Below, piece after piece: positions 48,264-59,144 of a stretch of 64,000 nt of DNA (positions are counted from its first letter, which is position 1; each line of letters starts with the position of its first letter). The notes below the pieces were generated by a model that made no database searches, was not told the origin of the DNA, and worked only from the letters and a program-made list of their open reading frames with translations. The stretch comes from Bacillota bacterium. Its GTDB lineage: Bacteria > Bacillota > JAAYKD01. Location: contig OY762825.2 of the NCBI GenBank assembly GCA_963666425.2, positions 960,001-1,024,000 of the forward strand, given 5' to 3'. The translations under genes and the position numbers were made by a program.

Positions 48264-50621
48264 CTAGATTTCCTGAGCTGTGCGGGAAATGATCTCTTCC
48301 TGATGAAATTTATCCAGGTTGACAAAGTAATCGCTGTATCCCGCCACCCGCACCAGCAAATCACGATATTCAGCGGGCTTCGCCTGCGCCTTGCGCAGCG
48401 TTTCGGTATCGACCACATTGAACTGAATGTGATGCCCGCCCAAACGGAAATAAGTGCGCACCAGCTGCGTCAATTTTGTAATTCCCTCTTCGCCGGCCAA
48501 AGCCGAGGGCAGGAAGCGCTGGTTGAGCAGAGTGCCGCCGGTCAGGCTCTGGTCCATTTTACCTAAGGATTTCACAACAGCGGTTGGACCGTTGCGGTCC
48601 GCGCCATGCGAGGGAGAAGTACCGTCCGATTCCGGCAGCAGAGCAAGACGGCCGTCCGGTGTCGCTCCCAGCATCTTGCCAAAATAAACATGGCAGGTGG
48701 TGGAAAGCATATTGAGATGATAAGTAGCGCCTTTGGTGCTGCTGCGGCCTTCGATGTTCTGAATAAGAGAAGCAAAAACGCGCTGCATCAGCGAATCCGC
48801 CGCGTCCTCATCATTGCCGAAGAAAGGCGTTTTATTGAGCAGGTATTGGCGCAGGGGTTCTTCCTCGGCAAAGTTCTGCGCTAACGCTGTCAGCAGCTGT
48901 GCCATGGAAATGGTTTTCTCTTCAAATACATGCTTTTTCAGTGCCGACAAACTATCCGTGATGGTACCGGTGCCACAGCATTGGATATAGGTCGTGTTAT
49001 ATTTAGGCCCGCCATCGTAATAATCGTGTCCGCTTTCAATACAGCCGTCCATTAAAACAGAAAGAAACGTCGCCGGTGCAAAACGCCTGTAGAGATACTC
49101 CAAATAGTTATTAATCTTGATCTTTGTATTCACAACAAATTCCAATTGCCGTTCAAAAGCAGCATACAAGGCTTCGAAATCAGCAAACTTTGTTGCATCG
49201 CCGGTTTTCAGACCGATTGTCTTACCGGTCAAGGGGTCGACCCCGTTGTTCAGCACCAATTCTAAAATTTTCGGCACATTCAGATAACCGGTCAGCAGAT
49301 AAGCTTCTTTACCGAAACAACCGGTTTCGATACAGCCGCTGTTGCCGCCTTCTCTGGCATCTTCGATACTCTTGCCGGCTCTGACCTGTTCCATTACAAC
49401 CTGATCGGTGTTAAAAATGGAAGGATAACCATAGCCTTTGCGAATAATCTTCGCCGCTGTTTTCAGAAAATGTTCCGGCGTCCTGGCGCTGATCTGCACA
49501 TTGCATTGCGGCTGCAGCAGATGCAGCTCCTCGAAGACTTCCAGCAGCAGATAGGAAACCTCGCTGACCCCGTCGCTGCCGTCGCGATGCAGGCCACCGA
49601 TATTGATATTGACAAAATCGTTATAGGTACCGCTCTCCAGGGCAGTTACGCCAACTTTCGGCGGAGCGGGGTGATTGTTGAATTTAATCCAGAGGCACGC
49701 CAGCAATTCCTTGGCTTGTTCTCTGGTTAAAGAACCTTCTGCAATTCCTTTTTCATAAAACGGCGTCAGATGCTGATCCAGGTGTCCCGGACTCATCGCG
49801 TCCCAACCATTCATTTCGGTAATGGTGCCAAGATGCACAAACCAATACATCTGCAGCGCTTCCTGAAAGTCACGCGGCGCCTCGGCCGGAACCCGATGGC
49901 AGACTTGCGCGATTTTCAGCAATTCCGCTTGCCGCTTGGTATCCTGACAAACGGCCGCCATGGCTTCTGCCCGTTCGGCATGCCGTTCGGCAAAGCGGAT
50001 CACAGCCCGGCAGCTGATGATCATGGCTTTCCATTCTTCATTTTTACTGCCAGCCTCCGGATCTTCCAGCCAATCCAGCTTACTTTGCGCCAGCTCAATG
50101 GCGCGGATAAAATCCAACATGCCTTTTTGATAGATTTTACCGTCCAGAGACGTATGGCCTGGTGCTCTTTGCTCCATAAATTCTGTGAATAAACCAGCCT
50201 CATACAGCGATTTCCAGGTCGTATCGATTTCGGCAAAGGCTTTGTCACGCATACTGCGCCCGCGCCAATAAGGGATAATTTCTTCTTCATATAACTGACG
50301 GTCCTGTGCTGTGACCTTATAACTCGCCATTTCGCGGGAATTGAGAATATCCAAATCCTCTAGGGAATGACAAGTCAGTTCCGGAAAGGAAGGCACGACG
50401 GCGGGAGCGCTGCCCCGTTCGCCGACAATCAACTCATCTTCGCCAAAATAAATGGTCTTTTGATCGCATAAGTGATAAAAATTCATCGCCCGCATCACGG
50501 GAACAGAATACTTGCCGTCATTCGCTTTATAAAAATCAGTCACCAATTTCGCCCGTTCCGCTGAAAAAGCAGGCTGTGCCTCGCGGCTGAGCTGACGCAA
50601 GCGTGCAATGCGTTCATTCAT
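48264..50621 (-). CDS. hypD: Glycyl radical enzyme, trans-4-hydroxy-L-proline dehydratase
   Basis: EFMEQRAPGH, ESGTYNDF, SGCIETGCFGKEAY, STTCH, RVAGYS; single catalytic Cys rather than the PFL Cys-Cys pair. Confidence 0.88.
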   Translation of the reverse strand: MNERIARLRQLSREAQPAFSAERAKLVTDFYKANDGKYSVPVMRAMNFYHLCDQKTIYFGEDELIVGERGSAPAVVPSFPELTCHSLEDLDILNSREMASYKVTAQDRQLYEEEIIPYWRGRSMRDKAFAEIDTTWKSLYEAGLFTEFMEQRAPGHTSLDGKIYQKGMLDFIRAIELAQSKLDWLEDPEAGSKNEEWKAMIISCRAVIRFAERHAERAEAMAAVCQDTKRQAELLKIAQVCHRVPAEAPRDFQEALQMYWFVHLGTITEMNGWDAMSPGHLDQHLTPFYEKGIAEGSLTREQAKELLACLWIKFNNHPAPPKVGVTALESGTYNDFVNINIGGLHRDGSDGVSEVSYLLLEVFEELHLLQPQCNVQISARTPEHFLKTAAKIIRKGYGYPSIFNTDQVVMEQVRAGKSIEDAREGGNSGCIETGCFGKEAYLLTGYLNVPKILELVLNNGVDPLTGKTIGLKTGDATKFADFEALYAAFERQLEFVVNTKIKINNYLEYLYRRFAPATFLSVLMDGCIESGHDYYDGGPKYNTTYIQCCGTGTITDSLSALKKHVFEEKTISMAQLLTALAQNFAEEEPLRQYLLNKTPFFGNDEDAADSLMQRVFASLIQNIEGRSSTKGATYHLNMLSTTCHVYFGKMLGATPDGRLALLPESDGTSPSHGADRNGPTAVVKSLGKMDQSLTGGTLLNQRFLPSALAGEEGITKLTQLVRTYFRLGGHHIQFNVVDTETLRKAQAKPAEYRDLLVRVAGYSDYFVNLDKFHQEEIISRTAQEI

Positions 50622-50685
50622 AAAAAAAATCCCTCTTTTCATTCTGTTAGATACTGCTCGGTGCTGCAGCGCCGGTTTGATTCAA

Positions 50686-51561
50686 TTAAACGATACTGCT
50701 CACCTGTAAACCAAAACTGCGCAGCAGGAGGACAGCTGCTTCCATCTCTGCTGCCGTCGGAATGGCTGTTTCGCTCAATTGGTAGGTGCGGCCTAATTTC
50801 TGATACTTACTCTTTTGCATTTGATGGAAGGGAAGCAGGTTTACCGGCCAACTGCCGCCGGTTGCAGCGAGGAATTTTCCCATCGCCTGCAAATTCTCTT
50901 CCGCGTTATTGATGCCGGGAATCAATGGCATTCTGACGATACCATGCTGGCCCGACCGGATCAGTTTCGTCAGGTTAGCCAGAATTAGTTCGTTCCCTAC
51001 CCCGGTATATTTTTTATGCTGCTCGCTGTCCATGATTTTTAGATCATAGAGGAATAAATCGGTTTCGGCAGCAATCGGCTGCAGCACTTCCCAAGCCGCA
51101 AAACCACTGGTGTCCACTGCCCGGTGAATGCCTTCTTTGCCGCAGGTTTGCAGCAGTTCCAGCAGAAAATCCGGTTGACAGAGCGGCTCTCCGCCGGAAA
51201 ACGTCACACCGCCGCCGGATTGATCGTAGAATAAGAGATCACGGCGGATTTTTTGCATCACTTCGCTTGTTGTTTGGATCGAACCTGCCATCACGCGTCC
51301 CTGCGCCGGGCAAATTTCTGCACAGGCGCCGCACTGCTGGCAGGTATCCGTTTCACCTAAACTGACAGGACAAACCGTCAGGCAGCGCCCACAGCTGATA
51401 CATAGCTCAGGTTGGCGCATCAACTCTGCCGCAAACGATTGACTCTCCGGATTGTGACACCACTGACAGCGTAAGGGACAGCCTTTGAAAAAAACAGTGG
51501 TCCGAATCCCGGGACCGTCCTGTGTTGAATAGCGACGAATATCAAAAACCAGACCTTCCAT
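50686..51561 (-). CDS. Glycyl-radical enzyme activase with ferredoxin-like insert
   Basis: DGPGIRT, GCPLRCQWCHNPE, two CxxCxxCxxxCP motifs, SGGEP. Confidence 0.92.
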   Translation of the reverse strand: MEGLVFDIRRYSTQDGPGIRTTVFFKGCPLRCQWCHNPESQSFAAELMRQPELCISCGRCLTVCPVSLGETDTCQQCGACAEICPAQGRVMAGSIQTTSEVMQKIRRDLLFYDQSGGGVTFSGGEPLCQPDFLLELLQTCGKEGIHRAVDTSGFAAWEVLQPIAAETDLFLYDLKIMDSEQHKKYTGVGNELILANLTKLIRSGQHGIVRMPLIPGINNAEENLQAMGKFLAATGGSWPVNLLPFHQMQKSKYQKLGRTYQLSETAIPTAAEMEAAVLLLRSFGLQVSSIV

Positions 51562-51790
51562 GCCATTACCTCGCTTATTGAAATAAAATAAAAAAACGAG
51601 TAAATATCTGTATCTGCAGTGATTCTCGTTTTGCATCGCTTGTTTATTTCGCTGTTTTCAATGGAAATCCTGCCGCCGCAGCGGCAGCAAAATGTACAAT
51701 GTCAAGTAAGAAGAAGGATTTTTCCCTGTTTGACCGAACATGAAAAGAGTAAGGTCATTCAAATTCAGACAAAGAAAGGGATGCAATCAA

Positions 51791-52429
51791 ATGTTGGAAA
51801 CCTCTGCTCTATTTAAATTAACTTACGGACTGTTTCTGATTGGAGCAGCCGCCGACGGCCGGCAAAATGCCTGTATCACGAACACATTAATGCAAGTCAC
51901 CAGTGACCCGCTGCGTTGCGTTGCAACCGTGACCAAAACACATTTTACCCATGAATTGCTGATCAAAACCGGTAAATTATCTGTTTCCGTACTATCAATG
52001 GAAGCAAAACTTGGCATGTTCAACTGGTTTGGTATGCAGAGCGGGCATACCGTGGATAAACTCAGCAACTACCCGCACGAGACCGATGCCAATGGCTGTC
52101 CTTACCTGACGGAAGGTGTCTGTGCAGTCTACGAAGGAACTGTCGTACAGACGCTCGATTTAGGTACTCATACTCTATTCCTCTTTGATGTCACGGCAGC
52201 GCGCATCATTAAAAACATCGCTCCTATGACTTACGGTGATTACCGGATTCTGAAAAGCGGCAAGCAGGCTGAACCAGCAAAACCAGCAGAATCTGATAAA
52301 CTAGAGGCGAAATGGATCTGCAGTGTCTGCCATTACGAGTATGATGGTACAATACCCTTTGAAGAGTTACCGGACGATTATACTTGCCCTGTCTGCGGTG
52401 TAGGCAAAAACATGTTTGTCAAAGTTTAG
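51791..52429 (+). CDS. Flavin reductase-like domain fused to rubredoxin
   Basis: NACITNT, GTHTLF; [10 protein letters not shown]...CPVCG. Confidence 0.88.
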   Translation: MLETSALFKLTYGLFLIGAAADGRQNACITNTLMQVTSDPLRCVATVTKTHFTHELLIKTGKLSVSVLSMEAKLGMFNWFGMQSGHTVDKLSNYPHETDANGCPYLTEGVCAVYEGTVVQTLDLGTHTLFLFDVTAARIIKNIAPMTYGDYRILKSGKQAEPAKPAESDKLEAKWICSVCHYEYDGTIPFEELPDDYTCPVCGVGKNMFVKV

Positions 52430-52507
52430 TTCTATCTGAAACAGCAAACACTCTGCTCCAATGACCAGAAGCACCCAGCTGCTTCAAATCGTTTGAGTAA
52501 AACGCTT

Positions 52508-52548
52508 CGGGAGGTAGGCTATCCATTCTTTGGGTAGTCTACCTCCCT
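52508..52548. terminator. Hairpin terminator at the left edge of the island
   Basis: GGGAGGTAGGCTATCCA/TGGGTAGTCTACCTCCC. Confidence 0.65.
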
Positions 52549-52554
52549 GTTATT

Positions 52555-53769
52555 TTATTCGGTTGGATTTCTCATAGTACTTGCCAGACTGCCTTTGGTT
52601 AGCAAAACAGTAGTAATCGTACTTACCACTGCAGTAGAAATTAAAGCAATGATAAACGGCAACCAACTAACACTAAATGAATTAGTAAATTGCATCGAAA
52701 TAAATCCTGCGATCCTTGTTCCCAATAAACCTCCAAGAAGTGCAATAATGATGCATTCAGCAATAAACATCATTTGGATCTGTATTTGACTGAATCCAAC
52801 GATTCGCAATAAAGCAAGCTCTTTACGTCGAGATAACGTCAATGCAATGGAGTTGACGAGCACAATAAGAATGGAAACAAACATCATTACCGGAACATAA
52901 TAATCTGCCATCACTTCAAATCGCTCAAAATCGCCATATAATAATGCGCCTACATCATAAATTGTCCAAACCTGTAAAGGCAAATTGTCCTCATTTATTC
53001 GAGTCATCAGAGTATTCTTTAATTCGTCCATTTCATCTAAAGAGCATTCAATAGAAATAAAAGACACCGGTTCGTCACCACCAACGAGTTGCTGAAGAGT
53101 ATCCAATTCGACCCAATCAACCATATACATAACACTGGAAGAATCATATAAACTTTGAACCTGAACTTGTTTCTTTACCAGATTCGGAATATACCAGTCA
53201 TAACCGGCTTTCTCATTAGAAATTGTTGGAACGGTTAAATCCATATAATCTCCAGCACCTAAGTGTAATAGAGGACTGCGTATCTCTCCATTATTGTTTT
53301 TAAATCTCTGATCGGTTGCCAGGTAAATTTTTCCATAATTATTGATAAAAACACCTTCGGTTACATCCGCAGTATACAAGTATCTTTTAATATTCTCAAC
53401 AGGATCAATTCTTCCAGCAACATAGCTCCAACCATCTCGCATTCTATACGGAGCAATCAGAACCTTTTCCTGTTTGACACCAGGTGCTACTTCTTCTAGG
53501 AAGGCGTTTACAGGTGTTGCTGAGAAAGGTTTAATATCGAGTGGATCAGCATAAATCATTGTTGATGAGGTTTTTATTTCGGTTCTTTCATCGACAATAA
53601 TTACGTTTTCCCCGAATAAAAAGCGCAAAGGTACTAATGCATAATCCTGTAGCATGCCCAAACCACTCAGCCCTATGCAGCTCACTAATACAGCAAGCGC
53701 TAAACCGATTATGGCTAAGGAATAATTCCGAAAGTTTCGCCGAAAAGACACGAATGTCATCCAAAGCAT
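52555..53769 (-). CDS. FtsX/MacB-type permease (A-type)
   Basis: RRKELALLRIVG; paralog of 60943..62148. Confidence 0.85.
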   Translation of the reverse strand: MLWMTFVSFRRNFRNYSLAIIGLALAVLVSCIGLSGLGMLQDYALVPLRFLFGENVIIVDERTEIKTSSTMIYADPLDIKPFSATPVNAFLEEVAPGVKQEKVLIAPYRMRDGWSYVAGRIDPVENIKRYLYTADVTEGVFINNYGKIYLATDQRFKNNNGEIRSPLLHLGAGDYMDLTVPTISNEKAGYDWYIPNLVKKQVQVQSLYDSSSVMYMVDWVELDTLQQLVGGDEPVSFISIECSLDEMDELKNTLMTRINEDNLPLQVWTIYDVGALLYGDFERFEVMADYYVPVMMFVSILIVLVNSIALTLSRRKELALLRIVGFSQIQIQMMFIAECIIIALLGGLLGTRIAGFISMQFTNSFSVSWLPFIIALISTAVVSTITTVLLTKGSLASTMRNPTE

Positions 53770-53790
53770 ATGATCAACTCCTTAGTCTAC

Positions 53791-54864
53791 CTAAGCGTCA
53801 TTTAATAATTTAGGAATGGCTGTCCCTAAAAACTGCATAGTAATAATCAAAGTACTGAACAAGCCAACGCCATAATAAATTCCCACATCTTTTACTAACG
53901 TCCAAAAAATATCTAGTGGTTTTGTTACTAATCCCAAGGAATTAGATATGATTGGCAGAATGGCAGCCGTTGCTAAAAATCCAATAAGGAATGTGATCGT
54001 TGTTTGCATCAGGGTAGGAAGCATTAACCATGGTTTCTTGATTCCCATTGCCAATAAAACGCCGGTTTGATAGGCCCCACTTCGCTGACCGATATAGAGC
54101 AAGACTGCTGACGATGTTGCTGTGATTCCCAATATCAGTAAACGCAAACTCATAACCATTGTGTCGGATAACCCTAGACTGTTTTTTGTATTGGAATAAT
54201 TTTCTTCATATTTTTCAATGATGTATCTGGCATCGACCTTCTCTAATTCGTCTTCAACAAAACCAATATCGACTTTTCCATCCAACTGTATCGCTTTTGT
54301 ACCAAAAAGTGAGGATAGTCTCAGGAACCCTTCTTCATTGAGTAAAGGTTTTGTTACGACTCCTTTTTTACTGCTCACTATTCCCGATATTTCGTATTCA
54401 ATAGGCGGAATTGATATGCCCGGCAATACTTTTAAATGATCGCCAACATTTAATTGATAGGCTGCTGCTAATTGTCCCGGTATTGCGACCTCATCCGCAT
54501 TAGTTGGTAAATTACCGCCTTCCATTTCTATGAGTATTCTGGTTTCTTCTTTCGGTATCAGCAAAAAGTCCATTTCGCTTGAATATACAAAGGCTTCTGT
54601 TGTGAATACTTCTTCAATATATTTGACACCTCGGATACTCATGATTTTCTTCATTTCTTCATCATCAATATTTCCAATGATTTCAATATCAAATGGCCAG
54701 TCCGATCTTTGTACATCAGCGACTTTTTCTGACATTTCGTTTAACGCTGTTCCTAAAAGTACATAGCTACTCAAAGAGCCGATGACTGCTAATATCATGA
54801 TCATTAACTGTAGTCGGTTCCTAGTGATGTTCCATTGAATCAGCTTTACCGATAGTTTGAACAT
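53791..54864 (-). CDS. FtsX/MacB-type permease (B-type)
   Basis: DWPFD, QRSGAYQTGVL; paralog of 59848..60930. Confidence 0.82.
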   Translation of the reverse strand: MFKLSVKLIQWNITRNRLQLMIMILAVIGSLSSYVLLGTALNEMSEKVADVQRSDWPFDIEIIGNIDDEEMKKIMSIRGVKYIEEVFTTEAFVYSSEMDFLLIPKEETRILIEMEGGNLPTNADEVAIPGQLAAAYQLNVGDHLKVLPGISIPPIEYEISGIVSSKKGVVTKPLLNEEGFLRLSSLFGTKAIQLDGKVDIGFVEDELEKVDARYIIEKYEENYSNTKNSLGLSDTMVMSLRLLILGITATSSAVLLYIGQRSGAYQTGVLLAMGIKKPWLMLPTLMQTTITFLIGFLATAAILPIISNSLGLVTKPLDIFWTLVKDVGIYYGVGLFSTLIITMQFLGTAIPKLLNDA

Positions 54865-54886
54865 CTTCGTTTTCTCCTTCGGTTCT

Positions 54887-55567
54887 CTACTTGTTTACCA
54901 TTTTTCCATCTCTTAATTTTAATACCCGATTTGCCAAGGGAACCAGTTCTGCATTATGCGTCACCATTAAGCATGCTGAATTGTTTTCTTTCACCATTTC
55001 CTGTAATAAGTTCATGACCTCCAGGCTGGTTACGGAATCTAAGTTTCCTGTCGGTTCATCGGCAAAGACGATTTTCGGCTTTGTCACTAAGGCTCGGGCT
55101 ACAGTAACTCGCTGCTGTTCTCCTCCAGATAATTGCCCTGGTCTGTGATGTGCCCGATCACCCAATCCGACCCTTGTTAACATTTCCATGGATTTTTCGA
55201 CTGGATTGGGTTGCCCTGTTATGCGTAACGGTATCTGCACATTTTCTAAAGCAGTCAGGTTTGGTAATAAGTTAAACGACTGAAAAATGAAACCGAAAGA
55301 CCGGCTACGTAAATGAGATAACTCATTATCATTCAGTTTATAGATCGACACGTCGTCTACGAAAACTTCTCCTCGATCCGGTGCATCTAAACCAGACAAG
55401 GTATGAAGCAGGGTCGTTTTTCCTGAACCGGAAGGTCCCACCAACATGACAAGCTCTCCCTGATACACTTCAATGTTGATTTGATCTAAAGCGATTACTT
55501 CTTGTTCTCCCATAAGGAAGACTCGACGTAAATTCTCACCTCTGATTGCGAGTGTTTGGTTCTCCAT
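54887..55567 (-). CDS. LolD/MacB-type ABC ATP-binding protein
   Basis: GPSGSGKT, FIFQSFNL, LSGGEQQR, ADEPTGNLD, VTHN. Confidence 0.95.
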   Translation of the reverse strand: MENQTLAIRGENLRRVFLMGEQEVIALDQINIEVYQGELVMLVGPSGSGKTTLLHTLSGLDAPDRGEVFVDDVSIYKLNDNELSHLRSRSFGFIFQSFNLLPNLTALENVQIPLRITGQPNPVEKSMEMLTRVGLGDRAHHRPGQLSGGEQQRVTVARALVTKPKIVFADEPTGNLDSVTSLEVMNLLQEMVKENNSACLMVTHNAELVPLANRVLKLRDGKMVNK

Positions 55568-55915
55568 ATTTACACCTCACCAAATTTAAAAGTATTTATA
55601 TCATTTAAACAATGCCACAACGCATTTACAAAATCCTTTTCTATTTTGATTTTAGCCTAATCCTTCAATCAGTTAAAAATCAAGATTCGTGTAAATTCTT
55701 GTTCTAAAATTGCATCAGAGTATTCACGAATGAATAACCAACAGTATACGTTATAACGCACAAGCTAAAATATAACGTGTTAATGCAGTAATTGCCATTA
55801 AGAATCCAGGTTCAATATTCTTTGGTATTTCGACCCTTATTTTTTTCTGTTTGATTCAAGCTCAAGCTCGGCGCTAATATTCGAACATTGTTATGAATTG
55901 CTTTTCATCACCTCC

Positions 55916-56287
55916 TCAAATAGCGGTCGAAAGATAAGTCATTTCCATGGAAAGCAATCTGAAATCCAGCATGGCATCCGGATCAAATTCGTCAGATAAT
56001 TTCGCTAAATCTATTGCACGATCATAATCTTCAAGTGATAGATCGAAATAGTATTTCGATATTGACTGCAAGATTTGTCCTTTGCTTCCATAGCGTAACA
56101 AATGATCGATTGATGTGATAAGTGCGCCCGCAAGCTGTGGCAGGAGTTCACATGCTGGAAGATTTTTTCCTTGCTCCCAATTATATACTGTCGTTGCAGA
56201 CACTCCCAGCATAGAAGCTAAATCCCCCGGTAATAGTCCCTTTCTTTCCCGTAATTTCCTAATTCTCTCTCCTACCAGCTCTCGCAT
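55916..56287 (-). CDS. XRE-family helix-turn-helix regulator
   Basis: IRKLRERKGL..DLASMLGVSATTVYNWEQGKNLP. Confidence 0.85.
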   Translation of the reverse strand: MRELVGERIRKLRERKGLLPGDLASMLGVSATTVYNWEQGKNLPACELLPQLAGALITSIDHLLRYGSKGQILQSISKYYFDLSLEDYDRAIDLAKLSDEFDPDAMLDFRLLSMEMTYLSTAI

Positions 56288-56633
56288 GAGATTCCCCCCT
56301 CCTCCGTTTGGTATTTCTTCAGTACTATTTTCTTCAGCTTTCTTTTCTTCAATATTAATTCGAATTCCTTTATATCTGTTTAACTACATATTTAAATTTA
56401 ACTGATTAATAATTTTCTATATATAAAACCACCTTCTCGCGTTTTGCAGCGAAAGGGTGGTGCTTTTTTTGACCTAGTAGTCTTGTTAAGTTTGCGCTAT
56501 TTGATTATTATGATGCATCTGATGCGTTTATGGAATAGATGGCATTCTTGTTCAAAGACACTAGGTATTATTACCGATGACATGGCAAACATCGGAAGCG
56601 CACTCCATTCTGCAATTTATCATAATGAAAAAC

Positions 56634-57577
56634 GGGGCTGTAGCAAAATGAAAAATTGCTACAGTCCCTTTTTGATGCTCCAGTATCATTTTTCACAAAC
56701 GGAAAGCAAGCAAATACGAAAACTAGCAGACAATAATATAAAGGTCAGACAAAATCTCACCCAAATACAGGAACTATTCTGGTTTTTATTAATATTAAGC
56801 CGTAAGTTTTTTAAACAATTGTCTGCCGGTGCGATTTTGTTGAATCTTGTTGTGTAATTTGTTGATGTTGTAGCCCATTGCCACCAAAAGAATCTCTGCC
56901 AAAACCTTTTTATTGTCGCGGAGCAGGAACTGACGGAAGCCGTAATCCTGCTTGATCACGCCGAAGGCTCCTTCTGACTGAATGGAACGATTCATCCGCA
57001 GCAAGATCCCCTTGGCACTGGTGATCCGCTCCAGTGACTGTTGACGCTGCTCAATGAATTTCTTGGAGACCTGCAGTTTCCTGTTTCCCTTCGATCGGGT
57101 GCATTTCTTTTTATAGGGACACGTTCCGCAATCCTCACATGCGTAGTAGGTGATCTCACTTTCAAAACCAGACTTGCTCTTACGTTTGCCTGTATAAACT
57201 GCTCTGAGTTTCTTTTCAGCCTGACAGGTGTATTCATCCAGTGTCTTGTCATAGGCCATGTTTTCCCTCAGCACCATGTTGCTCTTGTATTTCTTCGTTT
57301 TAGACCGCTCATAATTTTGAGGCTTAATGTAACACTGTGTGGTTTTATTTTCAAAAAAGGTGTAATTTTCCTCGCTCTCATAACCCGCATCCGCTGTGAC
57401 ATCTTCGTAACTTGTCTTAAGATGTGATTCCATATTTTCCAGCAAGGGTATGAGTGTAAGCTGATCGCTGCGCTCACTGGAAACCTGGACACCTGTAATA
57501 TATTCACCTTCCACTCCAAGTTGGATGTTATAACCCGGTTTCAATTGCGCGTTACGCATATGATCGTCTTTCATATG
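56634..57577 (-). mobile_element. Truncated IS1182-family element (3' half of the transposase plus palindromic right end)
   Basis: Transposase fragment followed by GGGGCTGTAGCAAAATGAAAAATTGCTACAGTCCC. Confidence 0.75.
56795..57574 (-). pseudogene. IS1182-family transposase, N-terminally truncated
   Basis: MKDDHMRNAQLKPGYNIQ, ADAGYESEENY, NRSIQSEGAFG are internal IS1182 DDE motifs; the N-terminal half is absent. Confidence 0.88.
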
Positions 57578-57649
57578 CTTACCCTAAAGCGGTCACGGTT
57601 AACGTCAAAGTGCGGTCAAAAGTTCCAGTCAGTTTGCGGCTAAAGCTAC

Positions 57650-57869
57650 TTGGCAGCAACACCAATAGTGTCGTGGTATTTCTGGAAAATCGCTTCATAT
57701 TGCCCGACAAGCAGGTATGTTGTGCAGTAAAATCGATTGGGTTGGTATAATCGAATTCAAGGTACGACTTTCAGCGATATCCCAGCTCCTGCAATTCATC
57801 CGATAACCACCGAACCATACTGGATTTGCCAACCCCTGAAACGCCTTCAATAAAAATCAGCTCTGTCAC
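57650..57869 (-). pseudogene. P-loop NTPase/kinase N-terminal fragment
   Basis: GGGGGG RBS, GTG start, MTELIFIEGVSGVGKS Walker A, in-frame TGA at 57771-57773. Confidence 0.6.
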
Positions 57870-58256
57870 TGGTTATCCCCCCAACAATCCGTACCTATCT
57901 GTATATAGAGCACGATTTCCTAAAATTTTACCTTAACAAGCCGGATTTCATAGTTCTTTTTGTTAATTCCACAACATTTCCACAATCTCGTAAGTATCCG
58001 AAAAACATGATTTTTCTCACATCTTCTTCCTTAGTAGTGTCAATGCCAAATAGCATCTGGCGCTCATAGAATTTCGTGGTATTTTTTCATCTATTTTTAA
58101 TCGCTCACAGACAAACGTATATATTATCTATTAATATGCCCTTTCCCTTTTGTCGACTTTGCTAGAGCAAATACTTCATACTTTTTCCGATAAGAAATAT
58201 AGAGGATTTTTCCAGTTTTTATCGAATTAAATAGAAAACTTTTGGAGGGAAAAATC

Positions 58257-58865
58257 ATGCAGCGAAAACGTTTATTATTACTTATTGTTTTTGTATCAAT
58301 ACTTATGGCCGCATGCTCCTATAATATAGCTAATCCTTCCTATAATGAAATCGAAGTGAATGAGTTTCAGTGGCAGTCATTCATTTGGAAACCGTATGAA
58401 ATAAATGGAACTAACTATGAAAAAGCCGCGCTTTTTATTCCGATTGAGTTTGAGGGTTCTAAGAATACAGAGAGAAAATATTTGCTCCAATTAGATACAG
58501 GAATTTTCAATTCGAAAATCGATGGAATCACCTTCAATAGCATAAACCCGCCTCATGAAATATTAGTTGCAGACGCTGGCGAGGGTATAATTTTTAACGG
58601 GAGGATCGCTGGTTATGATGTAAAAAAAACGCTAAGTGCCGTAAGGAAGGAAGCTGGAGTAATCATTGATGAATCTGTCCCGATAGAGATTATAGTGGGT
58701 TCATTAGGTTTGCAGTTTTTCTTAGGTAAAACCTTAGTCTTGGATTTTCCAAACAATAGATTATCTATAACTTCCTCAGAAAAGCAATTACCAGTGGACC
58801 TAACAGAAAATGTTACTTATTATCCGGCAAAAATAATGAACAACTTTTTTACTTTGTCAAGATAA
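58257..58865 (+). CDS. Lipoprotein with retropepsin-like aspartic protease motifs, probably truncated
   Basis: GGAGGG RBS; lipobox LMAAC; LQLDTG and GSLGLQF...LVLDFPN. Confidence 0.65.
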   Translation: MQRKRLLLLIVFVSILMAACSYNIANPSYNEIEVNEFQWQSFIWKPYEINGTNYEKAALFIPIEFEGSKNTERKYLLQLDTGIFNSKIDGITFNSINPPHEILVADAGEGIIFNGRIAGYDVKKTLSAVRKEAGVIIDESVPIEIIVGSLGLQFFLGKTLVLDFPNNRLSITSSEKQLPVDLTENVTYYPAKIMNNFFTLSR

Positions 58866-59144
58866 TAATATAAATAAAATTACGTTCACTGTTTCGAAAG
58901 ACTCACTCCTTACTAATTATATTATTCAAAACTGGTTAAATAATGAAGTTTCACTTGGACAAACTTGGACATTTGACTTAATTCACAGTGAAGTTGAAAG
59001 CAATCCAAGATTTGTTGAAATTAGTATAAGCGATGCATAGTCTACAGATGAGATTTTATCTATTTACACTTTTTGTCTATTCTCTTTAAATTATATGAAT
59101 GAATTACAACTTTAAGTATTGACCAAGATTTGAAGGGAGAATTT

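Noticed and set aside
48264-50621. Pyruvate formate-lyase or choline TMA-lyase call
   Set aside because: No adjacent Cys-Cys and no microcompartment context; the motifs match HypD
15751-51790. Extended N-termini from the ORF track (atoD, thl, kce, kamB, lgt, activase and others)
   Set aside because: They overlap neighbours or lack an RBS; downstream starts match the family N-termini
55600-55915. Small peptide substrates downstream of the XRE gene (MKSNS, MAITALTRYILACAL)
   Set aside because: Very short, with poor RBS spacing and no leader or cleavage motif
56444-56857. 137-aa ORF
   Set aside because: Runs through the IS1182 end palindrome and antisense into the transposase; no RBS or motif
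57771-57773. Selenocysteine read-through of the in-frame TGA
   Set aside because: Not a redox-Cys context, no SECIS-like hairpin seen, and the gene is otherwise truncated
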